This document shows, one piece after another, positions 29,283-38,816 of a DNA stretch of 64,000 nt. The number at the start of each line of letters is the position of its first letter. Position 1 is the first letter of the stretch. This DNA comes from Nitrososphaeraceae archaeon (GTDB lineage: Archaea; Thermoproteota; Nitrososphaeria; Nitrososphaerales; Nitrososphaeraceae): the NCBI GenBank assembly GCA_044870765.1, contig JBIOZG010000005.1, forward strand, positions 32,001 through 96,000, read 5' to 3'. The position numbers and the translations under genes were made by a program. The notes beneath the pieces are model-generated. The model was given only the letters and a program-made list of their open reading frames with translations. It did not search any database and was not told the origin of the DNA.

Positions 29283-29945
29283 ATGGTTTATACTTCGACA
29301 TTTAGGAGAATAAGAGAGAGAAAAACTAACTACAGGAAAAGGGAGAAATTACTTGTAGGTAAAAAGGATTTTGTAACTGTTAATGTCAGTGATCAAAACA
29401 TCTCAGCGCAGTTAATTAGACCAGAACTTCTGGGAGATAAAGTGATGGCCTCTGTACATAGTAACGAACTTCTATCATACGGATGGAAAGGTTCACGTAA
29501 AAATATTCCCTCATGTTATCTGGTCGGTCTCTTATTAGGTAAAAAATGTCTTCAAAAGAAAATTTCTAGTGCAATTTTGTATATTGGCAAGAGACATTTT
29601 ACGACGAAAATTGCGGCATGCTTGAAGGGATTATCAGAAGCTGGCCTGGAACTACCTTTTTCAGAAAGTATTCTTCCTTCTGAAGATAGAATTCAGGGAA
29701 ATCACATAGCTGATTACGCTAAAAAACTAAAAGCAAATGATGACATGTACAAATCAAGATTTTCATCCAACTTGGGTTCAGGACTGGAACCAGAAAAATA
29801 TCCTAGTCATTTTTCAGAAGTAAAGGATAAAATAGTTCACGATAAGGCTGAAAAAGAAAAGGAATCTGAAAAAACAATGAAAACTACCACTAAATCTAAA
29901 ACAAAATCTAAATTGTCCAAGAAAAAGGAGATTCAAAATGAGTAG
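29283..29945 (+). CDS. rpl18: 50S ribosomal protein uL18
   Basis: RRIRERKTNYRKR, RIQGNHIADYA; Lys-rich tail. Confidence 0.94.
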   Translation: MVYTSTFRRIRERKTNYRKREKLLVGKKDFVTVNVSDQNISAQLIRPELLGDKVMASVHSNELLSYGWKGSRKNIPSCYLVGLLLGKKCLQKKISSAILYIGKRHFTTKIAACLKGLSEAGLELPFSESILPSEDRIQGNHIADYAKKLKANDDMYKSRFSSNLGSGLEPEKYPSHFSEVKDKIVHDKAEKEKESEKTMKTTTKSKTKSKLSKKKEIQNE

Positions 29946-30552
29946 CTCAAGAAATGAACAGGCTACAGTATGGAAACCTCGTACGACTCTAGGACAGATG
30001 GTAATTGAAAATAAAATAAGTTCAATGGAACAGATTTACGAAAATGGTATGCGTATTCAGGAATCTGAAATAGTAAAACACTTGCTTCCGGACATTAAGA
30101 GTCAAGTTGTACACGTTGGAATAGTCCAGAAACAAACTGACGCTGGTGAGATGACCAGATTTAGTGCCCTTGTTGCTGTAGGCAATGAAGCAGGATGGTT
30201 TGGAATAGGAATGGGCAAGGCTTCACAAATGAGAATTGCTATTGACAAGGCAACAATTAATTCATATCTTCATATAATTCCGGTGAAACTTGGTTGTGGC
30301 AGTTGGGAATGCCGATGTACACAGCCACATTCTATACCCTTCAATGTTAGAGGAAGAGGCGGAAGTGTAAAAGTAGAAATTCTGCCAGGACCAAGAGGAC
30401 TTGGACTCGTTGCAGGAGAAAATATCAAAAATCTATTAAAGCTTGCCGGAATTAAGGATGCATGGACAAAATCATTCGGATCCACGAATACAATGACTTC
30501 TACTGCGATGGCAATTTTTAACGCATTAAACTCGACGTATATTACAGGATGA
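29938..30552 (+). CDS. rps5: 30S ribosomal protein uS5
   Basis: WKPRTTLG, VQKQTDAG, GCGSWEC, PRGLGLVAG. Confidence 0.95.
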   Translation: MSSSRNEQATVWKPRTTLGQMVIENKISSMEQIYENGMRIQESEIVKHLLPDIKSQVVHVGIVQKQTDAGEMTRFSALVAVGNEAGWFGIGMGKASQMRIAIDKATINSYLHIIPVKLGCGSWECRCTQPHSIPFNVRGRGGSVKVEILPGPRGLGLVAGENIKNLLKLAGIKDAWTKSFGSTNTMTSTAMAIFNALNSTYITG

Positions 30553-30555
30553 AAA

Positions 30556-31020
30556 ATGGCATTTTTAGTAGTTAGAATGAGAGGAACAGTAAATGTCCCG
30601 TTTTGGGCATTGACCACCTTAAAAAATCTCTATTTGAACAAAAAGTTTTCGGCTACTCTAGTACCCGAAACTTCGGATTACTTGGGAATGTTAAGGAAAA
30701 TAAATCAATGGGTGGCATGGTCAAAGGCAGATTCAGAAATCGTAAAAACGCTGATTGAGAAAAGGGGCAAAAAGAAAACTCCAAAATTAGATACAAAGAA
30801 AGAAAGTGGGAGAAAAGATGAATACAAGGGAATTGATGAATTAGTTGATGTTATTGTAAATGACAAAATAAAATTTTCAGACCAAAATAATATAAAACCT
30901 TGGTTTAGTTTGAATCCCCCCAAGGGCGGTTTTAAAAGGAAAAGCAAAAAACAATTCTCAGATGGCGGTATCCTCGGGAATAACAAAAATTTGCTTGAAA
31001 TTGTAAAAAGAATGGTATAG
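30556..31020 (+). CDS. rpl30: 50S ribosomal protein uL30
   Basis: VVRMRG, LNPPKGG; operon order. Confidence 0.92.
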   Translation: MAFLVVRMRGTVNVPFWALTTLKNLYLNKKFSATLVPETSDYLGMLRKINQWVAWSKADSEIVKTLIEKRGKKKTPKLDTKKESGRKDEYKGIDELVDVIVNDKIKFSDQNNIKPWFSLNPPKGGFKRKSKKQFSDGGILGNNKNLLEIVKRMV

Positions 31021-31090
31021 GTTGATTGAACAACATATGAGTTTTACATTTATATTTACACCTTCTCTTATTCAATAAGGTATATCGCAT

Positions 31091-31525
31091 ATGGCAACTA
31101 GGTTTAGAAAAAGCAGAAAACAGCGAGGTACAAGGTATTGCGGTTGGGGTCAGATAGGTCAACATCGACAATCTGGTAGCCGGGGAGGAATTGGCGGCGG
31201 TGGAAAACATAAGCATTTTTGGATACGGACGGTAATCGAAGAACCAGACCATTTTGGACATGATACTCTTAATTCATATAGTCGATTTTTGGTTAAAAAA
31301 TGGATAAATCTAAGAGACTTGAAGAATCTGTCTTTGAGACAGCCTCATAAAAAAGACGAAAAACCTGTTCTAGATCTTAGGTCATTGGGAATTCAAAAAC
31401 TCTTGGGCGGCGGAAATATCAGTGAAAGTTATGTTATTAAAGTAGCACAAGTATCTGCTAGTGCTAAAAAGAAAATAGAATCCGCAGGAGGGAGCATAAT
31501 TTCAAATGAGCACAGTGCACAATGA
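31091..31525 (+). CDS. rpl15: 50S ribosomal protein uL15
   Basis: RGTRYCGWG, GSRGG.GGGG.HKH, KLLGGG, KKKIESAGG. Confidence 0.93.
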   Translation: MATRFRKSRKQRGTRYCGWGQIGQHRQSGSRGGIGGGGKHKHFWIRTVIEEPDHFGHDTLNSYSRFLVKKWINLRDLKNLSLRQPHKKDEKPVLDLRSLGIQKLLGGGNISESYVIKVAQVSASAKKKIESAGGSIISNEHSAQ

Positions 31526-32942
31526 AAGCATAATAAGATCGGTAATCAAAAAAGTCTCAGCTTATATTCCTCAAGTAGAGAAACCTAAAAAGAAAATTGG
31601 GCTTAGTGAAAAATTCATTTGGTGTGGTATTGCACTATTCGCGTATCTTGTAATGGGTCAAATCCCACTATATGGAGTAACAGACTCTCCAAAATTTGAT
31701 TTTTTGGCGTTTGCTAGGGTTATTTTCGCTGCACAACAAGGAACGTTACTGGAATTAGGTATTGGACCAATTGTAACTGCTGGTCTGTTGATGCAGTTAT
31801 TAAAAGGCTCAGAATTAATAAAATTAAATTTTAAGGATCCTGACGATAGATCTCTATTTACTTCTGCAACAAAGATAGTTACCATTATAGTTATCATTGC
31901 AGAAGGGACCTTGTATGGTGTCAGTGTATATGGAGGACTGCTTTCGCATCCCAGCTTAATCCCAGTGTTAATTGCTCAACTTGTAGGAGCTAGTATTGTT
32001 GTAATGTATTTGGATGAACTTATTCAGAAAGGATGGGGTCTCGGTTCTGGTATCAGTCTTTTCATTATGGCTGGTGTAGCTCAGGGAATTTTGTGGAGTA
32101 TATTCAGTCCACTTCCAGTACCTGGCGCTACTGAACCATCGGGAATACTTCCATACATTATTGATTCTGCCATACATGGAGATCTTTCTAATGCATTTTT
32201 TAGAAGTGGTCAGCTGCCAAGTATTTTTGGCCTAATAGTTACTTCATTGGTGCTATTGGCTCTTGTTTATGTACAAGGTATTCATGTAGACATACCAATA
32301 GTGTCTACCAAGTATAGAGGGTTTACTGCAGTATATCCTATAAAATTACTTTACACATCTAATATTCCTGTTATCCTAGCGTCAGCTTTACTCGCAAATG
32401 CTGTGTTTATGGGGCAGATGCTATGGGCAAACTATAATCCTGACAATTCAAATCCATTTTTTAACGTGATAGCTCAATTTGATCCGCAGCAATCACAGTC
32501 GCCGACTGGAGGAACTTTGTATTATATTACTGCTCCGAGAAGCTTTGAACATTCGCTTCAGGATCCTGTAAGAACTGTCGTCTATATTATATTTCTGACA
32601 GGAATTGTTACTGTATTTGGTCGTCTGTGGGTTGAGCTAGGTGGTCTATCTCCAAAAGCAGCGGCGAAAAACTTGTTGGATGCAGATGTACAGGTCCCTG
32701 GTTTTAGACGAACGCAAAGCTCTGTACAAACTCTGCTTAACAAGTACATACCGGCTGTGACAATAGCGGGTGGAATCATAATTGGATTACTGGCATCAGT
32801 GTCAAATGTTTTGAGCGTTTTTGGTACTGGAATTGGTATCTTACTTATGGTAGACATTTTGGTTAATTATTATAACTTGCTCATCCGAGAACAAGTAGAT
32901 ATTCATATGCCCAAACTGGCGGCACTCCTTGGAAGAACCTAA
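31506..32942 (+). CDS. secY: preprotein translocase SecY
   Basis: GTLLELGIGPIVTA, GLGSGISLFI, YPIKLLYTSNIP, VPGFRR. Confidence 0.96.
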   Translation: MSTVHNESIIRSVIKKVSAYIPQVEKPKKKIGLSEKFIWCGIALFAYLVMGQIPLYGVTDSPKFDFLAFARVIFAAQQGTLLELGIGPIVTAGLLMQLLKGSELIKLNFKDPDDRSLFTSATKIVTIIVIIAEGTLYGVSVYGGLLSHPSLIPVLIAQLVGASIVVMYLDELIQKGWGLGSGISLFIMAGVAQGILWSIFSPLPVPGATEPSGILPYIIDSAIHGDLSNAFFRSGQLPSIFGLIVTSLVLLALVYVQGIHVDIPIVSTKYRGFTAVYPIKLLYTSNIPVILASALLANAVFMGQMLWANYNPDNSNPFFNVIAQFDPQQSQSPTGGTLYYITAPRSFEHSLQDPVRTVVYIIFLTGIVTVFGRLWVELGGLSPKAAAKNLLDADVQVPGFRRTQSSVQTLLNKYIPAVTIAGGIIIGLLASVSNVLSVFGTGIGILLMVDILVNYYNLLIREQVDIHMPKLAALLGRT

Positions 32943-33519
32943 AGGAACTAAAGTTATAATTGTTGGTATTCCCGGTGTAGGAAAGAGTACCATAATTTCC
33001 AATGCGACAACTGAGTTACAAAATATGGGAACATCTGTCACGACTGTAGTTTTTGGATCAGTAATGTTCGAAGAAGCTAAAAAATTGGGAATAACAGATA
33101 GAGATCAGATGAGAAAACTTTCAATTGATGTGCAACAAAAATTACAAAACATGGCAGCCGATCTTATCTCAGGTCGAAGAGAATCGATAGTTGTCATTGA
33201 CACGCATCTTTTTATAAAGACATCATCGGGGTATTATCCTGGATTACCTATGAATTTAATTTTAAAGTTAAATCCTGACAGATTGATTCTAGTCAGCGCA
33301 AAATCGGAAGAAATTCTCAGGAGAAGAAATGATGATAATACTCGAACAAGGGATGTGATATCTGATGATGAAATTAAAAGGGATATTGAAGTTTCCCTGT
33401 CAATGATTTCATCTCTTTCTATTTTGACAGGGGCGCCCTTTGAGATTATTCATAACCATGATAACATGATAGATTCTGCTACTTCTCAAATGGTGGAATT
33501 ACTAAAAAAATCTACTTAA
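32929..33519 (+). CDS. adk: archaeal adenylate kinase
   Basis: GIPGVGKST, DRDQMRKL, IDTH, GYYPGLP. Confidence 0.92.
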   Translation: MEEPKGTKVIIVGIPGVGKSTIISNATTELQNMGTSVTTVVFGSVMFEEAKKLGITDRDQMRKLSIDVQQKLQNMAADLISGRRESIVVIDTHLFIKTSSGYYPGLPMNLILKLNPDRLILVSAKSEEILRRRNDDNTRTRDVISDDEIKRDIEVSLSMISSLSILTGAPFEIIHNHDNMIDSATSQMVELLKKST

Positions 33520-33596
33520 CTGATAAATATCAAAACATGAGCTCCATATATATGAATATTGGGCCGACAATATCAGAGTAGACTAAGGGAAAAGAT

Positions 33597-34178
33597 TTGA
33601 AATTAAATGATATTCGGGATATAAGTCTAGTAATATCCGGAAGCGCTGCTGTTGGCAAGACTACACTGGCTGATGCTCTTGCAAAGGAGTTTGGATTTAA
33701 ATTGTATAATGGAGGAGATATTCTAAAGGAAATTGCACGTCGACAGGGTCATACAATATCTGGAAATGATTGGTGGGATTCCGATGATGCAGTAGGATTC
33801 ATGAAAGAAAGAAAGAAAAACCCCGCCTTTGACAAACAGGTAGATGAAAAACTAATTAAAATCGCTCAAAAAGGTAACGTTATCATTACCAGTCATACAC
33901 TTCCTTGGTTAACTTCCGAACCAATTACGTTTTGGCTCAGTGCATCCCAGGAGAAGAGATCTGAAAGGATGTCAAAACGTGACAACATTTCAATATCGGA
34001 GGCTCTTGATATTGTGAAGATGAGAGATAGAGAAAATAACCAGATATACAAGAATATTTATGGTTCACAATTCGGAGAAAACAAGGATGTTTTTGATTTC
34101 ATAATAAATACTGAGTTATTGACTCTTGAATCACTAGTTTATTTGTGCAAGGAAATCATAAAGAAGATGAAAGTATAG
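33597..34178 (+). CDS. cmk: cytidylate kinase (archaeal type)
   Basis: ISGSAAVGKTT P-loop; position between adk and cbf5. Confidence 0.85.
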   Translation: MKLNDIRDISLVISGSAAVGKTTLADALAKEFGFKLYNGGDILKEIARRQGHTISGNDWWDSDDAVGFMKERKKNPAFDKQVDEKLIKIAQKGNVIITSHTLPWLTSEPITFWLSASQEKRSERMSKRDNISISEALDIVKMRDRENNQIYKNIYGSQFGENKDVFDFIINTELLTLESLVYLCKEIIKKMKV

Positions 34179-34198
34179 TAGTTTAGAGGGGGCATGTT

Positions 34199-35200
34199 AT
34201 GACATTAAAAATTGATACCTTGGAGATAATAAACGATGACGTTACTAGCGAGAAGTATGGACATTATCCTGAAAAAAGACCCATAGACGTTCTATTGGAT
34301 AATGGCATTATTTTATTAGATAAGCCTTCTGGTCCAACTAGCCATGAGGTAGTTGCTTGGACTAAGAGAATTCTGGAGATTCCAAAAGCAGGTCACAGTG
34401 GAACTCTTGATCCAGGTACTACGGGTCTCCTGCCCATTGGGCTTGGTGATGCCACAAAGGCACTATCAATACTTCTATTGGGACCAAAGGAATACTATGC
34501 TATTGCAAGAATTCACAATCAAAGCAATGTTGCTGAGATAGATAGAGTACTTGATAAGTTTAAAGGAGAGATTTACCAAAGGCCTCCCCAGAGATCCTCA
34601 GTCAAGAGATCTACTCGCATTAGAAAAATATACGAGTTAGAAAGAATGGAAAGTGCTGATAACATTCTATTGTTGCGCGTATTATGCGAAGCAGGTACGT
34701 ATATTAGAAAATTGGTGTATGATGTCGGTGAGGTACTTGGAACAGGAGCTACGATGTTCGAATTGCGGAGAACAAGAGTAAGCTTATTCTCAGAATCCTC
34801 GGATAAACTGATAAGATTGCATGATTTGGTAGATGCATTTGAAACTTATAAAGAGTCAAAGGGAGAAGAAAAAATTCGTTCAATTATAAAGCCAATTGAG
34901 ATAGCACTAGATGGAATAGCCACAGTTGCAGTAAAGGACTCTGCAGTTGATGCATTGTGTCATGGTGCACAAGTTGCCATTCCTGGGATCGTAGCTTTTG
35001 ATAAAGGTGTGAAGAAAAGGACCTTGGTTGGAATTTATACATTAAAGGGAGAAATTATCGCATTGGGTGATGCGAATATGGACGCAGAAGAAATACGACA
35101 AAATGATAAAGGTATAGCCTTCACAATTAAGCGATTGATAATGAAACCTAATATTTACCCACGTGGCTGGAAGACCAATAAAACTTGGAATGAAAAATGA
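34199..35200 (+). CDS. cbf5: H/ACA pseudouridine synthase Cbf5/TruB
   Basis: DKPSGPTSH, GHSGTLDP, GTYIRKL, ELRRTR, PUA domain. Confidence 0.95.
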   Translation: MTLKIDTLEIINDDVTSEKYGHYPEKRPIDVLLDNGIILLDKPSGPTSHEVVAWTKRILEIPKAGHSGTLDPGTTGLLPIGLGDATKALSILLLGPKEYYAIARIHNQSNVAEIDRVLDKFKGEIYQRPPQRSSVKRSTRIRKIYELERMESADNILLLRVLCEAGTYIRKLVYDVGEVLGTGATMFELRRTRVSLFSESSDKLIRLHDLVDAFETYKESKGEEKIRSIIKPIEIALDGIATVAVKDSAVDALCHGAQVAIPGIVAFDKGVKKRTLVGIYTLKGEIIALGDANMDAEEIRQNDKGIAFTIKRLIMKPNIYPRGWKTNKTWNEK

Positions 35201-35289
35201 AAAAATTGAGTTCTACTCGCCTTGGTTCTTTACTTTTGATTTATTTCGTAGTTTGATATTCTATCATACCTATTAGAAGATTACTCATC

Positions 35290-36219
35290 TTAGCCGTTAT
35301 CTTCAGGATTATTGTTCTCGTCTGCTGAGTCAGTAGAGTTTAACATACTGGTAACGTTGGTGGTATTTAGAGATTCACTAGGAGTTTCAGCAGCTGTAGC
35401 ATTGGCAGGACTTGTGTTAGTCTCTTCCTCTCCTGTTTGCTTTAGTTCTTCTCCTGTCATTGCTTGTTCTTCTTCGCCTTCAGCTTGTTTTTGTTCTTCT
35501 CTTGTCTGAGCTGGTTGTTCTCCACTAGTAGCATTTGTCATGTTAGTCTCTTCCTCTCCTGTTTGCTTTAGTTCTGCACCAGTAACATCTGTAGCATTCG
35601 TACTTGTTGCATTAGCATTTTCTTCTTCAGCCGCTGCTTGATCTTCCTCTTCTGATGTTGAGTTAGATACTGGGACTTCGTCATCTTCTTCAGATGGTGC
35701 ACTTGTAGTATTTACTACAACGGATTCAATTTCTTTAACTTGTTCTGGAGTTGCGAGTGATAATATTGATTTGTTATCATTAGCGTTAGATGTCAACTTT
35801 TCCAGCACATCAGTTGGAGCAAGACCAACGCCGGTGCTATTCTTCAGGTCATCATCAACAAATTTTATGATTTTTGTGGAATTTGCAGGAAGTACTTCTA
35901 ATATTTCCGTTCTATTGCCAATTGAAAGTGCGTCACTATCGGGATCTTTGACCAATGTTTCTTTTGGTAGGTCAGCTACTGTTGTAGCATCTGCTGGCGG
36001 AGGTGGAGGAGCTGCTCCATCTTCACTCTTAGGCGTAAAACCTGGAGTTTGACCATCAAATGCGGGAGTTTCTGAATCCGTTGTATTAGTTGTATTTGCA
36101 CCTTGACCAAAAATTACTTGACTTTGCGTTGGGACTACGATAAATAACGCTGATGCCAGTAATAATAAACTTACAAAACCGTATTTTAGGAGCTTCATTT
36201 CAAGACATACTTTTAACAT
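35290..36219 (-). CDS. secreted acidic Thr/Asn/Glu-rich low-complexity (surface) protein
   Basis: Hydrophobic signal peptide, ~17 N-x-S/T sequons, PPPPP linker, internal repeat. Confidence 0.8.
   Translation of the reverse strand: MLKVCLEMKLLKYGFVSLLLLASALFIVVPTQSQVIFGQGANTTNTTDSETPAFDGQTPGFTPKSEDGAAPPPPPADATTVADLPKETLVKDPDSDALSIGNRTEILEVLPANSTKIIKFVDDDLKNSTGVGLAPTDVLEKLTSNANDNKSILSLATPEQVKEIESVVVNTTSAPSEEDDEVPVSNSTSEEEDQAAAEEENANATSTNATDVTGAELKQTGEEETNMTNATSGEQPAQTREEQKQAEGEEEQAMTGEELKQTGEEETNTSPANATAAETPSESLNTTNVTSMLNSTDSADENNNPEDNG
35415..35575. repeat. 35-bp direct repeat (35415-35449 and 35541-35575) encoding ELKQTGEEETN
   Basis: tgttagtctcttcctctcctgtttgctttagttct occurs twice, identical. 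Confidence 0.9.
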
Positions 36220-36410
36220 GTTAACGATAATTTAAACAATGCTAATAAGATTTGTGGATTTGGAAAATATATTAATTCACTAGAGGGTCTCTACAGCATT
36301 CAAAAAATCAGCACCCATAAGTAAAGTTAGGATACAGGTCTAATTACTTATCTGTAAATAAAAAGTAATTTTTGTAGTGAAATGAAAAAAGATTGAAAAA
36401 GATTAAAAAT

Positions 36411-37142
36411 TTAGAAATCTTCGCAATTTGATTTCTTTGTGTCTCCTCGAGATGGATGGTAATCTAGGATAATATCGTCTCCACTACCACAATCAAATTT
36501 ATCCGCTCCCGAACCTCCTCTCAGTACATCATCATCTTTTCCACCAAAGAGTTTATCATTTCCTTTGCCGCCTGACAGTCTATCATCTCCGCTTCCTCCA
36601 GCGATGTTATCCTTACCTGCAAAGCCTTTTAGTTTGTCATCACCCTTTTCTCCATAGAGCCAATCATTTCCTCTATTTCCTCCAATCCAATCATCTCCTC
36701 GACTTCCAAAAATGAAATCATTGCCTCTATTTCCTTCTATTATGTCATTTCCTTTTCCTCCTGTTATATCATCTTCCCCGCTATTACCTTGAATCACATC
36801 GGTATTTCTTCCACCATAAATGGTGTCATCACCGCCATTTCCTTCAACTATGTCTTCATCATCTCCTGCCAATATGAAATCATCGCCAGAATTTCCAATA
36901 ATATTGTCATCTCCATCATGTCCATACAGGTTATCTTCTCCAGATTTTCCCCACATTACGTCATCACCTTCCAATCCCCAAATACTATCATCATCATTTG
37001 TTCCCGGGAGAATGTCGTCATCATCACTTCCTACTATATTGTCCGCCCATGCACTAGAAATAACTGCTGGAGATAGCGCAGCCATGATCACCGCAATTAA
37101 AGCAACAAATATTTTTTTACCGTTGATAATCTTATAGTACAT
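36411..37142 (-). CDS. secreted RTX/hemolysin-type Ca2+-binding repeat protein
   Basis: Signal peptide (..SSAWA), long run of GxxGxDx(L/I)x nonapeptides, C-terminal FDCGSG...SNCEDF. Confidence 0.9.
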   Translation of the reverse strand: MYYKIINGKKIFVALIAVIMAALSPAVISSAWADNIVGSDDDDILPGTNDDDSIWGLEGDDVMWGKSGEDNLYGHDGDDNIIGNSGDDFILAGDDEDIVEGNGGDDTIYGGRNTDVIQGNSGEDDITGGKGNDIIEGNRGNDFIFGSRGDDWIGGNRGNDWLYGEKGDDKLKGFAGKDNIAGGSGDDRLSGGKGNDKLFGGKDDDVLRGGSGADKFDCGSGDDIILDYHPSRGDTKKSNCEDF

Positions 37143-37916
37143 CTCTTATCTACAACTAGTAGAATGTCCACTAATTTAAGCAGTACTTTTTTTTATCTAA
37201 ATTCAAATTAAATTTAATCTCTTTTTTTGCAGGGAAATCCAAATTGGACCATAAAAAATGCCCGTATAGGGAATTTGACTTCATGTATACATCTGGACAA
37301 AATTCACAGTGGCTAGCCTCATTGGTGATATTTATCCAGAATTGGATCCAATAAAAGACAGTGATGTTAAATATTTTCCATCAAAATTTAATTGAATTTG
37401 GACGTTACCAAGTGATTTGAATATGCACAAGAATCTGCTTTATTCAAAGGGATTAGTCCATACACTCTAAGCTATGCTATACTTGACTCCGGCAATAACA
37501 ATCCCTTTTGTATTTTAATTCCCACTAATGGCTTGGTGGTAAGTTGAAGATTTTGCGCTTTTGCATCCCTGAGCAATAGCTATTCATCACTTTTGATCTC
37601 TAGCATCTTTGCTTGTGGAGCAACAATGTATGCGTTTTCAAGAAATTTCAATAGCGGATATTTTAATTCCATTCTTAACTAAACAAACTGTTTGTCTAGT
37701 TCGTCTACAAATGTAATTATCTATTCTCATCGACCGTTGATCACACTATCTATTTAAAAATAGAATGCAGATATTGATTCTTTAAATTAATTACTCACAA
37801 ATTTGGTTTATCATAAATGTTGCTAAACAATACAATTAGATTTTTATTTTTTCTTTTCAGGCATTCATTGTATTGACATGGTTCTGAATAAATAGCAAGT
37901 TAAGGGATGGATTAGG

Positions 37917-38066
37917 ATGAACTTTATTCGCGATGATGGAATAAAATTGCAGGCTTTTTTTACCATTTATGAGAGCGATACTGGATATACGATTGCCAAA
38001 CTTGATTTGCTTACTTCGTCAGAACTCTTGCATTATACAGATGGAGTTAGATGTTTGGACGAGTGA
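37917..38066 (+). CDS. possible 49-aa hypothetical protein
   Basis: MNFIRDDGIKLQAFFTIYESDTGYTIAKLDLLTSSELLHYTDGVRCLDE; no recognisable motif. Confidence 0.3.
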   Translation: MNFIRDDGIKLQAFFTIYESDTGYTIAKLDLLTSSELLHYTDGVRCLDE

Positions 38067-38081
38067 GCACCTGGATTAAAG

Positions 38082-38181
38082 CGCCGGGAGAGGGATTTGA
38101 ACCCTCGAGACCTTCACAGGTCACAAGCTTTCAATATGATATATTCCAGGCTTGCGCCCTACCAGGCTAGGCGACCCCGGC
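38082..38181 (-). tRNA. tRNA-Ser(GGA) with 14-nt intron (38130-38143 if canonical 37/38)
   Basis: GCCGGGG/TCCCGGC-G acceptor, CAAGC-CT-GGA-A[TATATCATATTGAA]A-GCTTG, long variable arm GACCT/AGGTC, GAGGG-TTCAAAT-CCCTC. Confidence 0.9.
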
Positions 38182-38276
38182 TCAGATTCTACTCAATTTT
38201 TTCTTTATATTAACTATTAATTAACTAATTAATTGCAATCATTGTATTCTGTTCTTATAATTTAAATTATGAGAAA

Positions 38277-38459
38277 TTATTCTTCATCACTTAGGAGTTT
38301 TCCGGACATCATATCATATTCATTAATGTTATTATGTCCTAACTTCTCCACATGTTCTTCAACATCAGAACGAAATGAAAATGTAGATCTACAATCTTTA
38401 CAAATCCAAATCGATCTTAGATCATAGTTTTTCATTGGTGAATTTGAAGTATAAAACAT
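38277..38459 (-). CDS. small C2H2 Zn-finger protein
   Basis: WICKDC-x3-F...HVEKLGH. Confidence 0.7.
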   Translation of the reverse strand: MFYTSNSPMKNYDLRSIWICKDCRSTFSFRSDVEEHVEKLGHNNINEYDMMSGKLLSDEE

Positions 38460-38617
38460 CCAATTTAAGCAATCAGGTAGGAAGTTACATATTATTGATT
38501 AAATAAAATCTTTCTAAAGTATTAAGTAGTCGATTCTTTCGTAAAAAGAGAAAAAAGATGAAATCCGCAATTCACTCACGTAAAGTCTATAATATCCATC
38601 AATATTCTCAATATTAA

Positions 38618-38776
38618 TTGAGCACTGCATCCATCTCTGTTGATTGCAAAAGTAACAGGCACTTAGAATGTGCAGATTGTATGTGTAAATGCCATATTCC
38701 GGGGACTATGGAGAATTTAGCTAAGAAAATTGCCAAACTAGAAAAAGATACTCCTGGGGTAGGAGAAACACTCTGA
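38618..38776 (+). CDS. 52-aa Cys/His-rich microprotein (not in ORF track)
   Basis: TTG start; MSTASISVDCKSNRHLECADCMCKCHIPGTMENLAKKIAKLEKDTPGVGETL. Confidence 0.6.
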   Translation: MSTASISVDCKSNRHLECADCMCKCHIPGTMENLAKKIAKLEKDTPGVGETL

Positions 38777-38816
38777 TTTATCACGAAACAATATTTGATT
38801 TTGCTACCTTTACGTA

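Noticed and set aside
35290-37142. Repeats considered as a CRISPR array or mobile element
   Set aside because: Repeats are in-frame coding repeats; no regular repeat-spacer period, cas genes, transposase or terminal inverted repeats
37388-37672. Minus-strand frame interrupted by two TAG codons (possible pyrrolysine readthrough or pseudogene)
   Set aside because: No recognisable protein, no pyl genes in the window, and TAG is a normal stop for many genes here; chance or decay is sufficient
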